Positions 27,731 through 36,757 of a stretch of 64,000 nucleotides of DNA are shown here, piece after piece. How positions within the stretch are numbered: position 1 is the first letter of the stretch; every line of letters begins with the position of its first letter. The DNA is from an uncultured bacterium. GTDB lineage: Bacteria; Joyebacterota; Joyebacteria; Joyebacterales; Joyebacteraceae. The position numbers and the translations under genes are program-made. The notes under the pieces are model-generated. The model had not been told where the DNA came from and ran no database searches. It saw only the letters and a program-made list of their open reading frames with translations. The stretch covers positions 50,106 to 114,105 of the forward strand of contig CAZFRO010000007.1 of assembly GCA_964521425.1 (NCBI GenBank). Reading direction: 5' to 3'.

Positions 27731-27835
27731 GACAGGGACGAGGATAGCGTCACAGCCGTTCCGGTGGTTCGTTCGGAGCGGCAATTGGTTCCGGTCTAGG
27801 GGGGCAGGTCAGCGCGGCGTATGGAGGGATTGGCC

Positions 27836-28153
27836 ATGGAGGAGACTCCGCAAGTCCAGCCACAGATGAATACCACGCAGGTGATCAAACCGCATCGTGG
27901 CGGTGTGGTCCTGGCACTCGGCATCATCGGGATTGTACTGTGCTTCATCACCGGCATCATCGCCTGGGTGATGGGAAAGAACGATCTCGTGGAGATGGCG
28001 CAGGGACTGCGTGACCCTGAGGGTGAGGGTATGACCCGCGCCGGCATGATCTGCGGCATCATCGGAGTCGTCCTGTCAGCGATAGGGATTCTCTGGTGGC
28101 TCGTTGCGGTGTTCATCATTGGCACGGCCGGCTTGATGGAAGCCGGGATGTAG
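27836..28153 (+). CDS. DUF4190-like small membrane protein
   Basis: PHRGGVVLALGI...GIIAWVMG...AGMICGIIG. Confidence 0.7.
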   Translation: MEETPQVQPQMNTTQVIKPHRGGVVLALGIIGIVLCFITGIIAWVMGKNDLVEMAQGLRDPEGEGMTRAGMICGIIGVVLSAIGILWWLVAVFIIGTAGLMEAGM

Positions 28154-28165
28154 GGACCCGTTCGG

Positions 28166-28585
28166 GTGAGAGTTGAGCTGGTTCGGGGAACATCAGGATA
28201 CCGCGCACCGGGCGCAGCAGTCGTTGCAGCGATCATACTGGTCGCGCTCGGACTGACTGTCGCCTGGCTGGAGACGTCACATCAAGGCCCCGTCGTCTGC
28301 CCGTTCAGGGCGGTGACGGGGCTTCCCTGTCCAACCTGTGGGCTTGTAAGAACTACAGCGGCGCTTCTTCATGGCCGAATCGGAGAAGCCGTTCTCACGA
28401 ACCCGTTCGACGCATTCTTCCTCATCGTCGTCGTACCGGTTGGCATTGTGTTCTGGTCTCTGAATCTCGCCTTCGGATTGGCGGTAAGGGTATATTCAGG
28501 CAGAACCGAGCGCATGGTGTTCTGGTGGACCGTGGGAGCGGTGGTCGCAGCCAACTGGGTCTACGTGCTGGTCACACAGGTCTAG
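28166..28585 (+). CDS. DUF2752 membrane protein
   Basis: CPFRAVTGLPCPTCGLVR...NP motif. Confidence 0.85.
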   Translation: MRVELVRGTSGYRAPGAAVVAAIILVALGLTVAWLETSHQGPVVCPFRAVTGLPCPTCGLVRTTAALLHGRIGEAVLTNPFDAFFLIVVVPVGIVFWSLNLAFGLAVRVYSGRTERMVFWWTVGAVVAANWVYVLVTQV

Positions 28586-28611
28586 TGCAGGAACGCGCAC
28601 CCGGCCCCACG

Positions 28612-30894
28612 CTAATCCCCATTCACTCCATAGATCTCATCGTAGGTCCGGTAGTAGCGATAGACTCGCCGCACGTAGTTCGATGTCTCCGAGAAGCCGA
28701 TGTCCTCTACGAAGACATCGGAGTCTGATGTGCCGCCGTACTTCCACCAGCGCTTGACGTTGTCCGGTCCTCCGTTGTACGCGGCGAGCGCCCTCAACAG
28801 ATCTCCGTCGAAATCGTCAAGCTGCAGTGACAGGTAGTAGACGCCGAAGTGGACGTTGGTCCCTGGATCGAGCAGATGCGACAGATGAAAACCGCGGTGC
28901 CCGACCCGGCGCGCAATCCAGCGTCCGGTCGGCGGCATGATCTGCGTGAGCCCCCGCGCTCCAACCCAGGAGACGGCGTCGAACTCGAACAGGCTCTCCT
29001 GACGCATCAGTGAGTAGACGATGTGCGGCTCGAGATCCCGCTCTCTGGATTCGGCCCCGACGATCTCCGAGAAATGCCTGGGGCAGATCTTCTTTCTCAG
29101 ATAGATGGGGGCATCGCTTAGGTCCTCCGCCGGTGACATGGCAAGGATTCTCTCGGCGATGCGGATGGCCCGTTTGTTGAGGCTGCTGTTCTCGCAGTAG
29201 ATCGCGAGGATGTCGAGGGCGACTGGATCGGTACGAATCTCCCTCTCAAGGAGGGCGAGTTCCCGTTCCGCCTCCGGCCGCATGTGGAGTGCCAGCATGT
29301 GGTCGGCCCGAATCATGTGGGGTAGATTCATGAGGCGCTGCCTGGTGGCCATCCGCTCGACCGGAGCCAGGGCCTGCCCATACCACTCCCCGACCCATCT
29401 CCCGAACTCGTCCGCCTCGCGTCCCCAGAGACGCACCTCGAAGCCTCTCGTGGTGTCCTCGGTCGGAGTCTCGTCTGTGGGGAAACGATGAGGAGCGTCG
29501 AGGACATCGAGGCGCTCGAGTGACCTTCGCCCATAGTAGGAGTCGCGATCAGCATCGGCCGCTTCGCGATAGATCTCCGTGGCCTCATCCGTATGCAGAA
29601 GGAGTTCGCGCACCTTGCCGATCCAATAGAGGGCGCGCGCCGTGGTTGTACCGTTGCCTCCCGCGTAAATGTCGGCGAATGCCGCTTCGGCCTCATCCAT
29701 CAGGCCACGCTTGAACAGGCATAGTCCCGCTCTGAACCTCGCGTCGGATATGTGTTCGCTTCGGGGGTAGGATTCGGCGAGTCTCTGATACTCGGCGGCT
29801 GCCTCCTCCCACCTGCGCTCGTCCTCAAGAAGGCGGGCCTTCTCCCACTGGGCGTCGGCCGCCTCGGGCCTCTCGGGATGAAGTGCGATGTACTCATCGT
29901 ACGTGGCGAGGCTCTCCTCGACGCGCCCTATCGCTCGGCGACAGTAAGCCAGTTTGAGCCACGCCAGATCGTAGTACTCACCGTCGCTATCAAATTCGAC
30001 GGCGTCCTCGAACTTGTGGGCCGCCGTCCTGTAGCTTCGCTTTCGTTGGTAGCTCCGACCGAGGAAGTAGGTGGCCTCCGCCGCGAACTCCTGCTCGTCG
30101 TTGTTCCTGATGTAGTAGCTCAAGAACTCTGCCGCATCACGGTAGAGCTTTCTATTATAGAGAACCAGCCCCTGATGGTAACGATCGGTGAACGACCTCG
30201 ATAGCCTGCGGCCTCTCTTCATGGCGTCGTGGGAGTGACGCGATCTCGGGTAATCGTTGACGGCCGTCCTGTAGCTCGCCTTCGCTGCCTCGTGGTCCCC
30301 CCTCTTCTCGAGCGTCAGACCCATCTGGTAGTGCGCGCTCGCACTCACATCGTAGCTGCTCGATTTCGTGAGCAGCACGCGGTACCACTGGAGAGCCATG
30401 TCCCAGTCGGACGATTTCCTGTACGTGTCGGCGAGTTCCTCAATGGCCCCCAGATCGAGAGACGTATCCTGATCGTCATCTATCACCTCCCGGAGCAGCT
30501 CCACCGCGCGCTCCTGATCGCCGCCTTCTCGCGCCGTCACGGCCATTCTGATCAGTACGACATCGCTGATGTCGCGGAGTTCCGGTAGTGAGGCCGCGTA
30601 CGCATCGAGCGCCCTTTCCCAGTCCTCCTCCCGCTCGTAGGAACGTCCCGCCATGAATCGCGACCGGGCGGCGAGTCTCCGGAAGTACACACCGTCGCCT
30701 GCGTCGTGACCGGCTATGATGACGGCGACGTCACCGAAGATCTGCGATGCCGTGCGGTAGTCGCCGTCATCATAGTGGAGACCCGCGAGCGCATAGAGCG
30801 AGTCGGCTGACGCGCGCCATGACGCCGGAGCCTGTGATGGAAGGGCTATGCAGCAGACAAGAGCAACCGGAAGCCAGATTCTCCTGATGGTCAT
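28612..30894 (-). CDS. slt: Soluble lytic murein transglycosylase (Slt) with TPR repeats
   Basis: MRQESLF, GARGLTQIMP, ALAAYNGG and ETSNYV motifs; signal peptide and TPR array. Confidence 0.9.
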   Translation of the reverse strand: MTIRRIWLPVALVCCIALPSQAPASWRASADSLYALAGLHYDDGDYRTASQIFGDVAVIIAGHDAGDGVYFRRLAARSRFMAGRSYEREEDWERALDAYAASLPELRDISDVVLIRMAVTAREGGDQERAVELLREVIDDDQDTSLDLGAIEELADTYRKSSDWDMALQWYRVLLTKSSSYDVSASAHYQMGLTLEKRGDHEAAKASYRTAVNDYPRSRHSHDAMKRGRRLSRSFTDRYHQGLVLYNRKLYRDAAEFLSYYIRNNDEQEFAAEATYFLGRSYQRKRSYRTAAHKFEDAVEFDSDGEYYDLAWLKLAYCRRAIGRVEESLATYDEYIALHPERPEAADAQWEKARLLEDERRWEEAAAEYQRLAESYPRSEHISDARFRAGLCLFKRGLMDEAEAAFADIYAGGNGTTTARALYWIGKVRELLLHTDEATEIYREAADADRDSYYGRRSLERLDVLDAPHRFPTDETPTEDTTRGFEVRLWGREADEFGRWVGEWYGQALAPVERMATRQRLMNLPHMIRADHMLALHMRPEAERELALLEREIRTDPVALDILAIYCENSSLNKRAIRIAERILAMSPAEDLSDAPIYLRKKICPRHFSEIVGAESRERDLEPHIVYSLMRQESLFEFDAVSWVGARGLTQIMPPTGRWIARRVGHRGFHLSHLLDPGTNVHFGVYYLSLQLDDFDGDLLRALAAYNGGPDNVKRWWKYGGTSDSDVFVEDIGFSETSNYVRRVYRYYRTYDEIYGVNGD

Positions 30895-30980
30895 TCTCCT
30901 CATCTTTCGCCTTTGCCGGTGAGCATGTCTGAACCTGCAAGTTCCTGTCCTGAGACTGCGCTTGATGACCCAGAGACGCG

Positions 30981-32363
30981 TCATCTCCCGAGTTTCTTCA
31001 CCGCCTGCCCCGCCGCGACGAGCACCGGGTCCCAGACGGGCGAGAAGGGCGGCGCGTAGCTCATGTCGATCGCCGCCAGGTCGGAGACGGTCATGCGCCC
31101 ATAGATGGCGGTCGCGACCGTGTCGATCCGTTTCGCCGCACCCTCGGCGCCGATGATCTGGGCGCCCAGCAGACGTCCCGATTCTCTCTCAAAGATGATC
31201 TTGACGGTGATCGGTCCCCCACCCGGGTACGCGTGCGAGCGTGACCGCGCCCTGATCCTGGCCGAGTCGACCACAAACCCAGCCTTCTCAGCAGCCGCAG
31301 TCGAGAGGCCGGTCTGCGCGGCTTCGAGACCAAAGATCTTTGTGACGTTGGTTCCTGCGACACCCGCGAACTTCCTGCTCCCACCGACGGCGTTCTCACC
31401 GGCTATCCGACCCTGCTTGTTGGCCGTGGTCCCGAGTGGAATCCACGTCGGTCGCCCCGTCACCATGTGCGTAGCCTCGGAGCAATCGCCCGCTGCGAGA
31501 ACCGAGGGTGCGCTTGTGATCTGACGTGCATCGACGCGGATGGCGCCGCTCTCACCAAGCTCAAGTCCGCCGCTTTCTGCCAGCGCCGTGTTCGGTCTGA
31601 CCCCGGCTGACACGATAACCATCTCTGACGGGATACGCTGCCCGGAGGCGACCACGTATCCGACGCTGTTGCCGGCGCCACCCTCGAAGCCCTCGACCTT
31701 CGTCTCGGTGCGGACCGTGACTCCCTTGTCCGCAAGTTCACGGGCAACGATCTCACTCATATCGGGATCGTAGTTCGAAAGCAGTGTCGGAAGAAGCTCG
31801 AGCACCGTGACTGCAATGTCACGCTCAACCAGCGCCTCGGCCATCTCGAGCCCGATGTAGCCCCCGCCGAGAACGGTGGCGTTCTTGACGGCGTGATCCT
31901 CGATGAACTGTCTTATGGCGTCGCCGTCAGGGACGGTCCTCAGCACGAAGACACCCGGAAGCTCCATCCCGGAGAGCGGTGGGATCGTAGCCCGCGCTCC
32001 CGTACCGATTACGAGCGCGTCGAACTCGAGCGTCTCGGTGCCACCGGGGTGATCGTAGGTGACGGTCTTGGCTCTCGGATCGAGAGCAAGAGCGTTCGAC
32101 TCGAGACGGACATCGATGTGTCGTTCGCGTCGGAAGAAGTCGGCATCGTAGGCGATGAGATCCTCTCGCTTCTCGACCACGCCGGAGATGTAGTAGGGAA
32201 GCGAGCAGGCGCCGTACGAGACTATCCGGCCGCGTTCCAGCACGACTATCTCAATGTCGGGTCTGAGCCTTCGAGCCCGGCTGGCAGCGCTCATGCCGGC
32301 GGCGTCACCTCCGACGACCAGCAGTCGTCCTCCCTCTCTCATGGCTGGGGGCACCTGTGTCAT
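30981..32363 (-). CDS. CoA-disulfide reductase / NADH oxidase family flavoprotein
   Basis: GGDAAGMSAA, SYGACSLPY (redox Cys), GGGYIGLE, LGTTANKQG and SYAPPFS motifs. Confidence 0.88.
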   Translation of the reverse strand: MTQVPPAMREGGRLLVVGGDAAGMSAASRARRLRPDIEIVVLERGRIVSYGACSLPYYISGVVEKREDLIAYDADFFRRERHIDVRLESNALALDPRAKTVTYDHPGGTETLEFDALVIGTGARATIPPLSGMELPGVFVLRTVPDGDAIRQFIEDHAVKNATVLGGGYIGLEMAEALVERDIAVTVLELLPTLLSNYDPDMSEIVARELADKGVTVRTETKVEGFEGGAGNSVGYVVASGQRIPSEMVIVSAGVRPNTALAESGGLELGESGAIRVDARQITSAPSVLAAGDCSEATHMVTGRPTWIPLGTTANKQGRIAGENAVGGSRKFAGVAGTNVTKIFGLEAAQTGLSTAAAEKAGFVVDSARIRARSRSHAYPGGGPITVKIIFERESGRLLGAQIIGAEGAAKRIDTVATAIYGRMTVSDLAAIDMSYAPPFSPVWDPVLVAAGQAVKKLGR

Positions 32364-32653
32364 CCTCCTGTAGTGGTTGGGAATGTGTTCGGAAGAAGAA
32401 CATCCGCCCATCAGCGGAAGATCCTCTCATCTATATATAGAGTGGCTCGTCGGCCCCCGCAGGCAGACCGCGAGTCTTGCACCCACAGGGACATGTACAC
32501 ATGACTAGCACACTGAGGGACGCCCCGCAAGCGGGGCGACGGGTAGGATGGGGCTTCTGGGATGCTCCCTGATCGCAGTCGTAGATTCGCTCAGGAGATC
32601 ACTCTCGCAGATCTCTGCCTGCGCGACACGGCATGTGCGTGGTGGCCGCGGAC

Positions 32654-35254
32654 CTACCGAATGACCGTGATCTTCCTTCCTCCTGAGACAACCCGACCGT
32701 CTACTTCAAGGGCCGCTAGGTAGATGCCCGAGGCGAGTGGAGACCCGTTCCGAACATCAGCCAACCGGAACTCCCACTGGTTGTCCCCCCGTCCGAACTG
32801 GTGCACCGGAGATGACCCGACCTCCCTTCCACCCACATCGTAGACGCGAATGCGCACCGATGACGATTCGGGAAGGAAGAACCCGACACGGAGACTACTA
32901 TTGAGCGGCGTGGGGTTCGGATAGATCGACGTGAGCCCCTGGCTGTTGATGTCCGATTGCTGGGCAGGGTCACCTTCCAACCCGGTTGCGATCAACTCCT
33001 CGACCAGGACCTCATCGATGTAGACGGCCTCTGCGCAGTCCTGCGGAAGAAACTGAAGCTTGATTCGACGTGGGCCAATCCCGTATCCGGGATTGTCGAA
33101 CTCTGTCTCATGCTCGCTCCACGCCGGAGACGAACTCAAGATCTCCGACAGGAGCTCCGCACTTGTCTCCGCGTCAATGACGGTCACTCTGAACGTCGTT
33201 GGATCCGGTGCGTAGTGATGGAAGCCCATGTGGTAGGTCTGCACATCCGTGTTGGCGTGGAAGATGTGTTGTGCGCCCTCTCCGTTGCACCACTGGTCGA
33301 AGACCTGCAAGTAGGCTTCCCCGGCTACGGTGGAGATGTCATCCCGGCGGACCGCATTCACCGATGTGGTTTCGCCGATTCTGTTAGTCCAGAAGTCCGG
33401 TGTCCCATTGGCGTCAACATCATCCTCAAACGAGTAGTTCATAACTTCGTAGTCACTCGATGGGAGCATCTGCTCAACTCGGATGTCGTCGACGTACGCC
33501 TGAAGATCTCCAAACTCACCGCTCACTGTGGTCTCGTAGCGCAACCGGAGGTCCTCAAGCACTGTGCCCTGCATTGGACTAAGATCAGCGTAGATGAATT
33601 GCCATCCCGACATCAGAGGAGAGCGCCACTTCGCATTCAGTGTCTGGCCATTCTGATCAACGATGTCCACATTGTCCTTGATTCTCCCCACCGGGGTGCT
33701 CCCGTCGATCACAAGCTTGTCATTCCCATCCGGCGAATTGACGATGTTGATCCAGTAGGACAGTACCATGTTCCGCTCCACCGGAAGGTCAAGGTCATCA
33801 AGTAGCATCCACTCGATGTAGTCGGCGCTACCAGAGGCATCGGTCATCTCAACTCGGAGCATTCTGTCCGAGTTGAGCGGGGATACGTCGCCCTCCACGT
33901 GCACGACGCGTGTGTTCTCCAAACTTATGCCACTCGACTTCTCGACAACATGATCCTGCGAGACCGCTGCATCCTCGATTTCCATCCCCTCTGAGAACGC
34001 GGTCGGTGGTGGTATGGGGTGCAACTTGATGTCAAGGGCTGGATCCCCCATAAGCACATACTGCCTCAACAGAAGCTCGTGGCCGCTCTCCTCCTCTAGA
34101 CACAACCCCACCGTCCCAGAGAAGAGTCGCCCAAGATTGCGAATCCCATCATGCAGCATCATGTGAGCGAACACCCCGTTGATGTGCTTCGATTCCACGA
34201 TGTCGCTCACGTGTGTTGGACCTACCAGCGCGATGGCACCGCGGTCATCTGCACTGAACAGCAGATCCTCGCAGATCGATAGTCCCGAAGTCGTAGATAG
34301 GCTTCGATAGAAATAGGCCGGCAAGCACGTAGCGGCGAAGATCACCGGTAAATGGTTGGTTGTGCCCAAGCTCTGCGTGAACGTCGGCTCGCCGCTTGGG
34401 AAGAACTCGGCCATGAGGACGAGGTTCTCGTGGCCGTATGTGTTGCCGAACGCGTTGATGAAACCGTAACCGTCGTTGACCGCGGACCGCGTGGCTGAAG
34501 TGGCTCCTTCGGGCCACTGACCGGCGACTTGGTAGTCCCGCGAGTACAGAGTCACAGGAGCCGGAGTCCACTCACTGAACTCCTCGTCAAACAGCTCGTC
34601 GTTGAGGGTTCTGTAGACCTCGTTGTTGGTGTTGATGTTGGCGTCACCAACGAGCATGAGGATTCTGCCGAGCCACGCCGGAACACCTGCGATTCCGTCG
34701 TAGTAAATGATCTTGTCCACGATGTTCGTCAGCTGTGCACTGTCGGCAACGGGGAGCCGCCCGATCCGCATGATCGGTTTCTTCTCCGACGGGTCCGGTG
34801 ACTCAACGTACCAGCCATCATTGGCAAACCATCTATTGCCGTGCCATTCGGCGAAGTCGTTGTAGGTGAGCATCGCCGGCAGATGATTGCCGTTCGTGGC
34901 GTCGATCATGTCGGGAGGATCGGCGTCCACCATATTGGCGTCCCCGATCAGCAGCAGATAGGTCGGCGCGATCTTCCAGTGTTCGTAGGCATGGAGCACG
35001 AAGCTCCGTATCTTCTCTACATCGCTGGCCCCCGAGAACGCAGCTGTGACTTCGGATGTCAGCACAACGCAACTTCGAAGCGATTGGCTCCGGTGATCAC
35101 AAAGACGCTGAGCACCTGCCTGAAACGAGTCATGAGACAGGATCACGTAGTCATACTGATGGTGTGTCGCAAGCGGGTCAAGCGCTGAACTCGGTGCTGC
35201 CATCAGAAGAACAAGGGCCAGCATCACCAGAACCAGGAATGGACGCGACGCCAT
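32654..35254 (-). CDS. Secreted C25 (gingipain-family) peptidase-domain protein with FlgD-Ig/T9SS-type C-terminus
   Basis: YLLLIGD, IGRLP, ATC, GAIA and YVLMGDPAL motifs; C-terminus YPNP...SGIY...RKITVIR. Confidence 0.82.
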   Translation of the reverse strand: MASRPFLVLVMLALVLLMAAPSSALDPLATHHQYDYVILSHDSFQAGAQRLCDHRSQSLRSCVVLTSEVTAAFSGASDVEKIRSFVLHAYEHWKIAPTYLLLIGDANMVDADPPDMIDATNGNHLPAMLTYNDFAEWHGNRWFANDGWYVESPDPSEKKPIMRIGRLPVADSAQLTNIVDKIIYYDGIAGVPAWLGRILMLVGDANINTNNEVYRTLNDELFDEEFSEWTPAPVTLYSRDYQVAGQWPEGATSATRSAVNDGYGFINAFGNTYGHENLVLMAEFFPSGEPTFTQSLGTTNHLPVIFAATCLPAYFYRSLSTTSGLSICEDLLFSADDRGAIALVGPTHVSDIVESKHINGVFAHMMLHDGIRNLGRLFSGTVGLCLEEESGHELLLRQYVLMGDPALDIKLHPIPPPTAFSEGMEIEDAAVSQDHVVEKSSGISLENTRVVHVEGDVSPLNSDRMLRVEMTDASGSADYIEWMLLDDLDLPVERNMVLSYWINIVNSPDGNDKLVIDGSTPVGRIKDNVDIVDQNGQTLNAKWRSPLMSGWQFIYADLSPMQGTVLEDLRLRYETTVSGEFGDLQAYVDDIRVEQMLPSSDYEVMNYSFEDDVDANGTPDFWTNRIGETTSVNAVRRDDISTVAGEAYLQVFDQWCNGEGAQHIFHANTDVQTYHMGFHHYAPDPTTFRVTVIDAETSAELLSEILSSSPAWSEHETEFDNPGYGIGPRRIKLQFLPQDCAEAVYIDEVLVEELIATGLEGDPAQQSDINSQGLTSIYPNPTPLNSSLRVGFFLPESSSVRIRVYDVGGREVGSSPVHQFGRGDNQWEFRLADVRNGSPLASGIYLAALEVDGRVVSGGRKITVIR

Positions 35255-35271
35255 GATTGCCTCCTGGACTG

Positions 35272-36747
35272 TTATCGAATCACAGCCAGCTTCTGTACAG
35301 TGAGTTCCTCTGGGGTCTCCAGACGGACGAAGTAGACGCCCTGTGCGACAGGCTCCCCTCGCGTGTTGCGGCCGTTCCAAGACCACAATGTGGTGCCCGG
35401 CTGGAGTGCACCATCATGAAGTGTCTGCACTCTCTGGCCTAGGGCATTGTAGACGGCAAGCGTCCCGGTACCTGCTTGGGGGAGATCGATCTGGAAGGAA
35501 AACCCGTCACTTGACGGATTGGGATACGACGAGATCTTCGCGGCGACAGGGAGGGCAGTCCCCAGATGGACCTGACCCATCCGGTACGTGTTGCCATACG
35601 CGTCATTCGCCGCCAAGCGATACCACACTGCAGTCCATCCCTCTGGGAGCGCATCAACGAACTCGTAGTCCTGTTGCCCCTCCACGGTGAAGATCGGATC
35701 GACGTTTGCCTGCGCGTACGGACCCGCTGGGACCGGAGCTCTGAGCACGTCGAAAGAGTCTATATCCCCGAGGAAAGACACACGCCAACGAATCGCGGTT
35801 CGCATCACACCGCCTTCGAACCACAGATCCCCGCCAATCTCACCGGCGAGCAGCGGAACTGCCGGCGGGTGCTCAGGATCTCCCTCGTCAGCATTGCCCA
35901 TGGCATCCCACCATCGGATTCGCCAGACGTGCTCCAAGTCATCAGTGGCCACCCAGCTCAGCTTGTACTGTAGCGTATTCGGATTATTGTTGCCCGAGGG
36001 GGGCGTTGTATCGTAGTAGAACTCCGAGGCTGCCGGCGGATATGCTCCGCCTTTCGCAGCCATCGCTTCGAAGTCGAAGTCGTCCACGACGATATCGTCA
36101 ATCATGAGTTCCATTCCCCCAATGCCGTTGTAGACATCCCCTACTGGGTCAGCTGCCCAGATCTGCCAGACTGATGGACTGCCAACGGGAGCCGTGTGCA
36201 CAACCGGGTTCTGCGTGATCTCCGGCAGTGTGCTGTCTGCATTCCACAAAGCACTGCTCAGGGCGGATCTCCGAGGGCTTCTGAGGTCAGCATCCGTGAT
36301 GCTGGCATCGGATGAGAGGAACAGCTCAAAATGCAGATGAGAGCCCGTGTCGATGGCACCCACGGTGGTGCTGACACCAATCCAGGATCCGACCGTGAGA
36401 CCAGTGTTCGGCACTATGTGGATCATCTGGCACAGTGCGTAGTCGCCGCTCTGCCGATTCGACCCCAGCAGCGCGACGAAGTCGGCCCCGACAGCGATGA
36501 CTCTGCATAGCGAGCCCGACTCGATCGGGGGGTAGGTCGGATCGCCCGCCGTGACTGCGATATCCACGCCGGTGTGTAGGTTGAAGGGTGATATCTGGTC
36601 AATCTGCATGAAGGCGTTGTAGACGAACTGCCCCGTCGAGCTTGGCAATGGGTCTCCGGAGAAGACCTGTTCCCGTGCCCCAGAGTGGCACGGCGCGAGG
36701 AGAAGGGCTGCCGCAACGCCAAGAAGCAGGAACTGTCGTGCATCCAT
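35272..36747 (-). CDS. Secreted M23-like metallopeptidase domain protein with FlgD-Ig/T9SS-type C-terminus
   Basis: HTGVD (HxxxD) and HLH (HxH) zinc motifs; YPNP...WNGRN...GVYFVRL...QKLAVIR. Confidence 0.7.
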   Translation of the reverse strand: MDARQFLLLGVAAALLLAPCHSGAREQVFSGDPLPSSTGQFVYNAFMQIDQISPFNLHTGVDIAVTAGDPTYPPIESGSLCRVIAVGADFVALLGSNRQSGDYALCQMIHIVPNTGLTVGSWIGVSTTVGAIDTGSHLHFELFLSSDASITDADLRSPRRSALSSALWNADSTLPEITQNPVVHTAPVGSPSVWQIWAADPVGDVYNGIGGMELMIDDIVVDDFDFEAMAAKGGAYPPAASEFYYDTTPPSGNNNPNTLQYKLSWVATDDLEHVWRIRWWDAMGNADEGDPEHPPAVPLLAGEIGGDLWFEGGVMRTAIRWRVSFLGDIDSFDVLRAPVPAGPYAQANVDPIFTVEGQQDYEFVDALPEGWTAVWYRLAANDAYGNTYRMGQVHLGTALPVAAKISSYPNPSSDGFSFQIDLPQAGTGTLAVYNALGQRVQTLHDGALQPGTTLWSWNGRNTRGEPVAQGVYFVRLETPEELTVQKLAVIR

Positions 36748-36757
36748 GATCCTCCCC

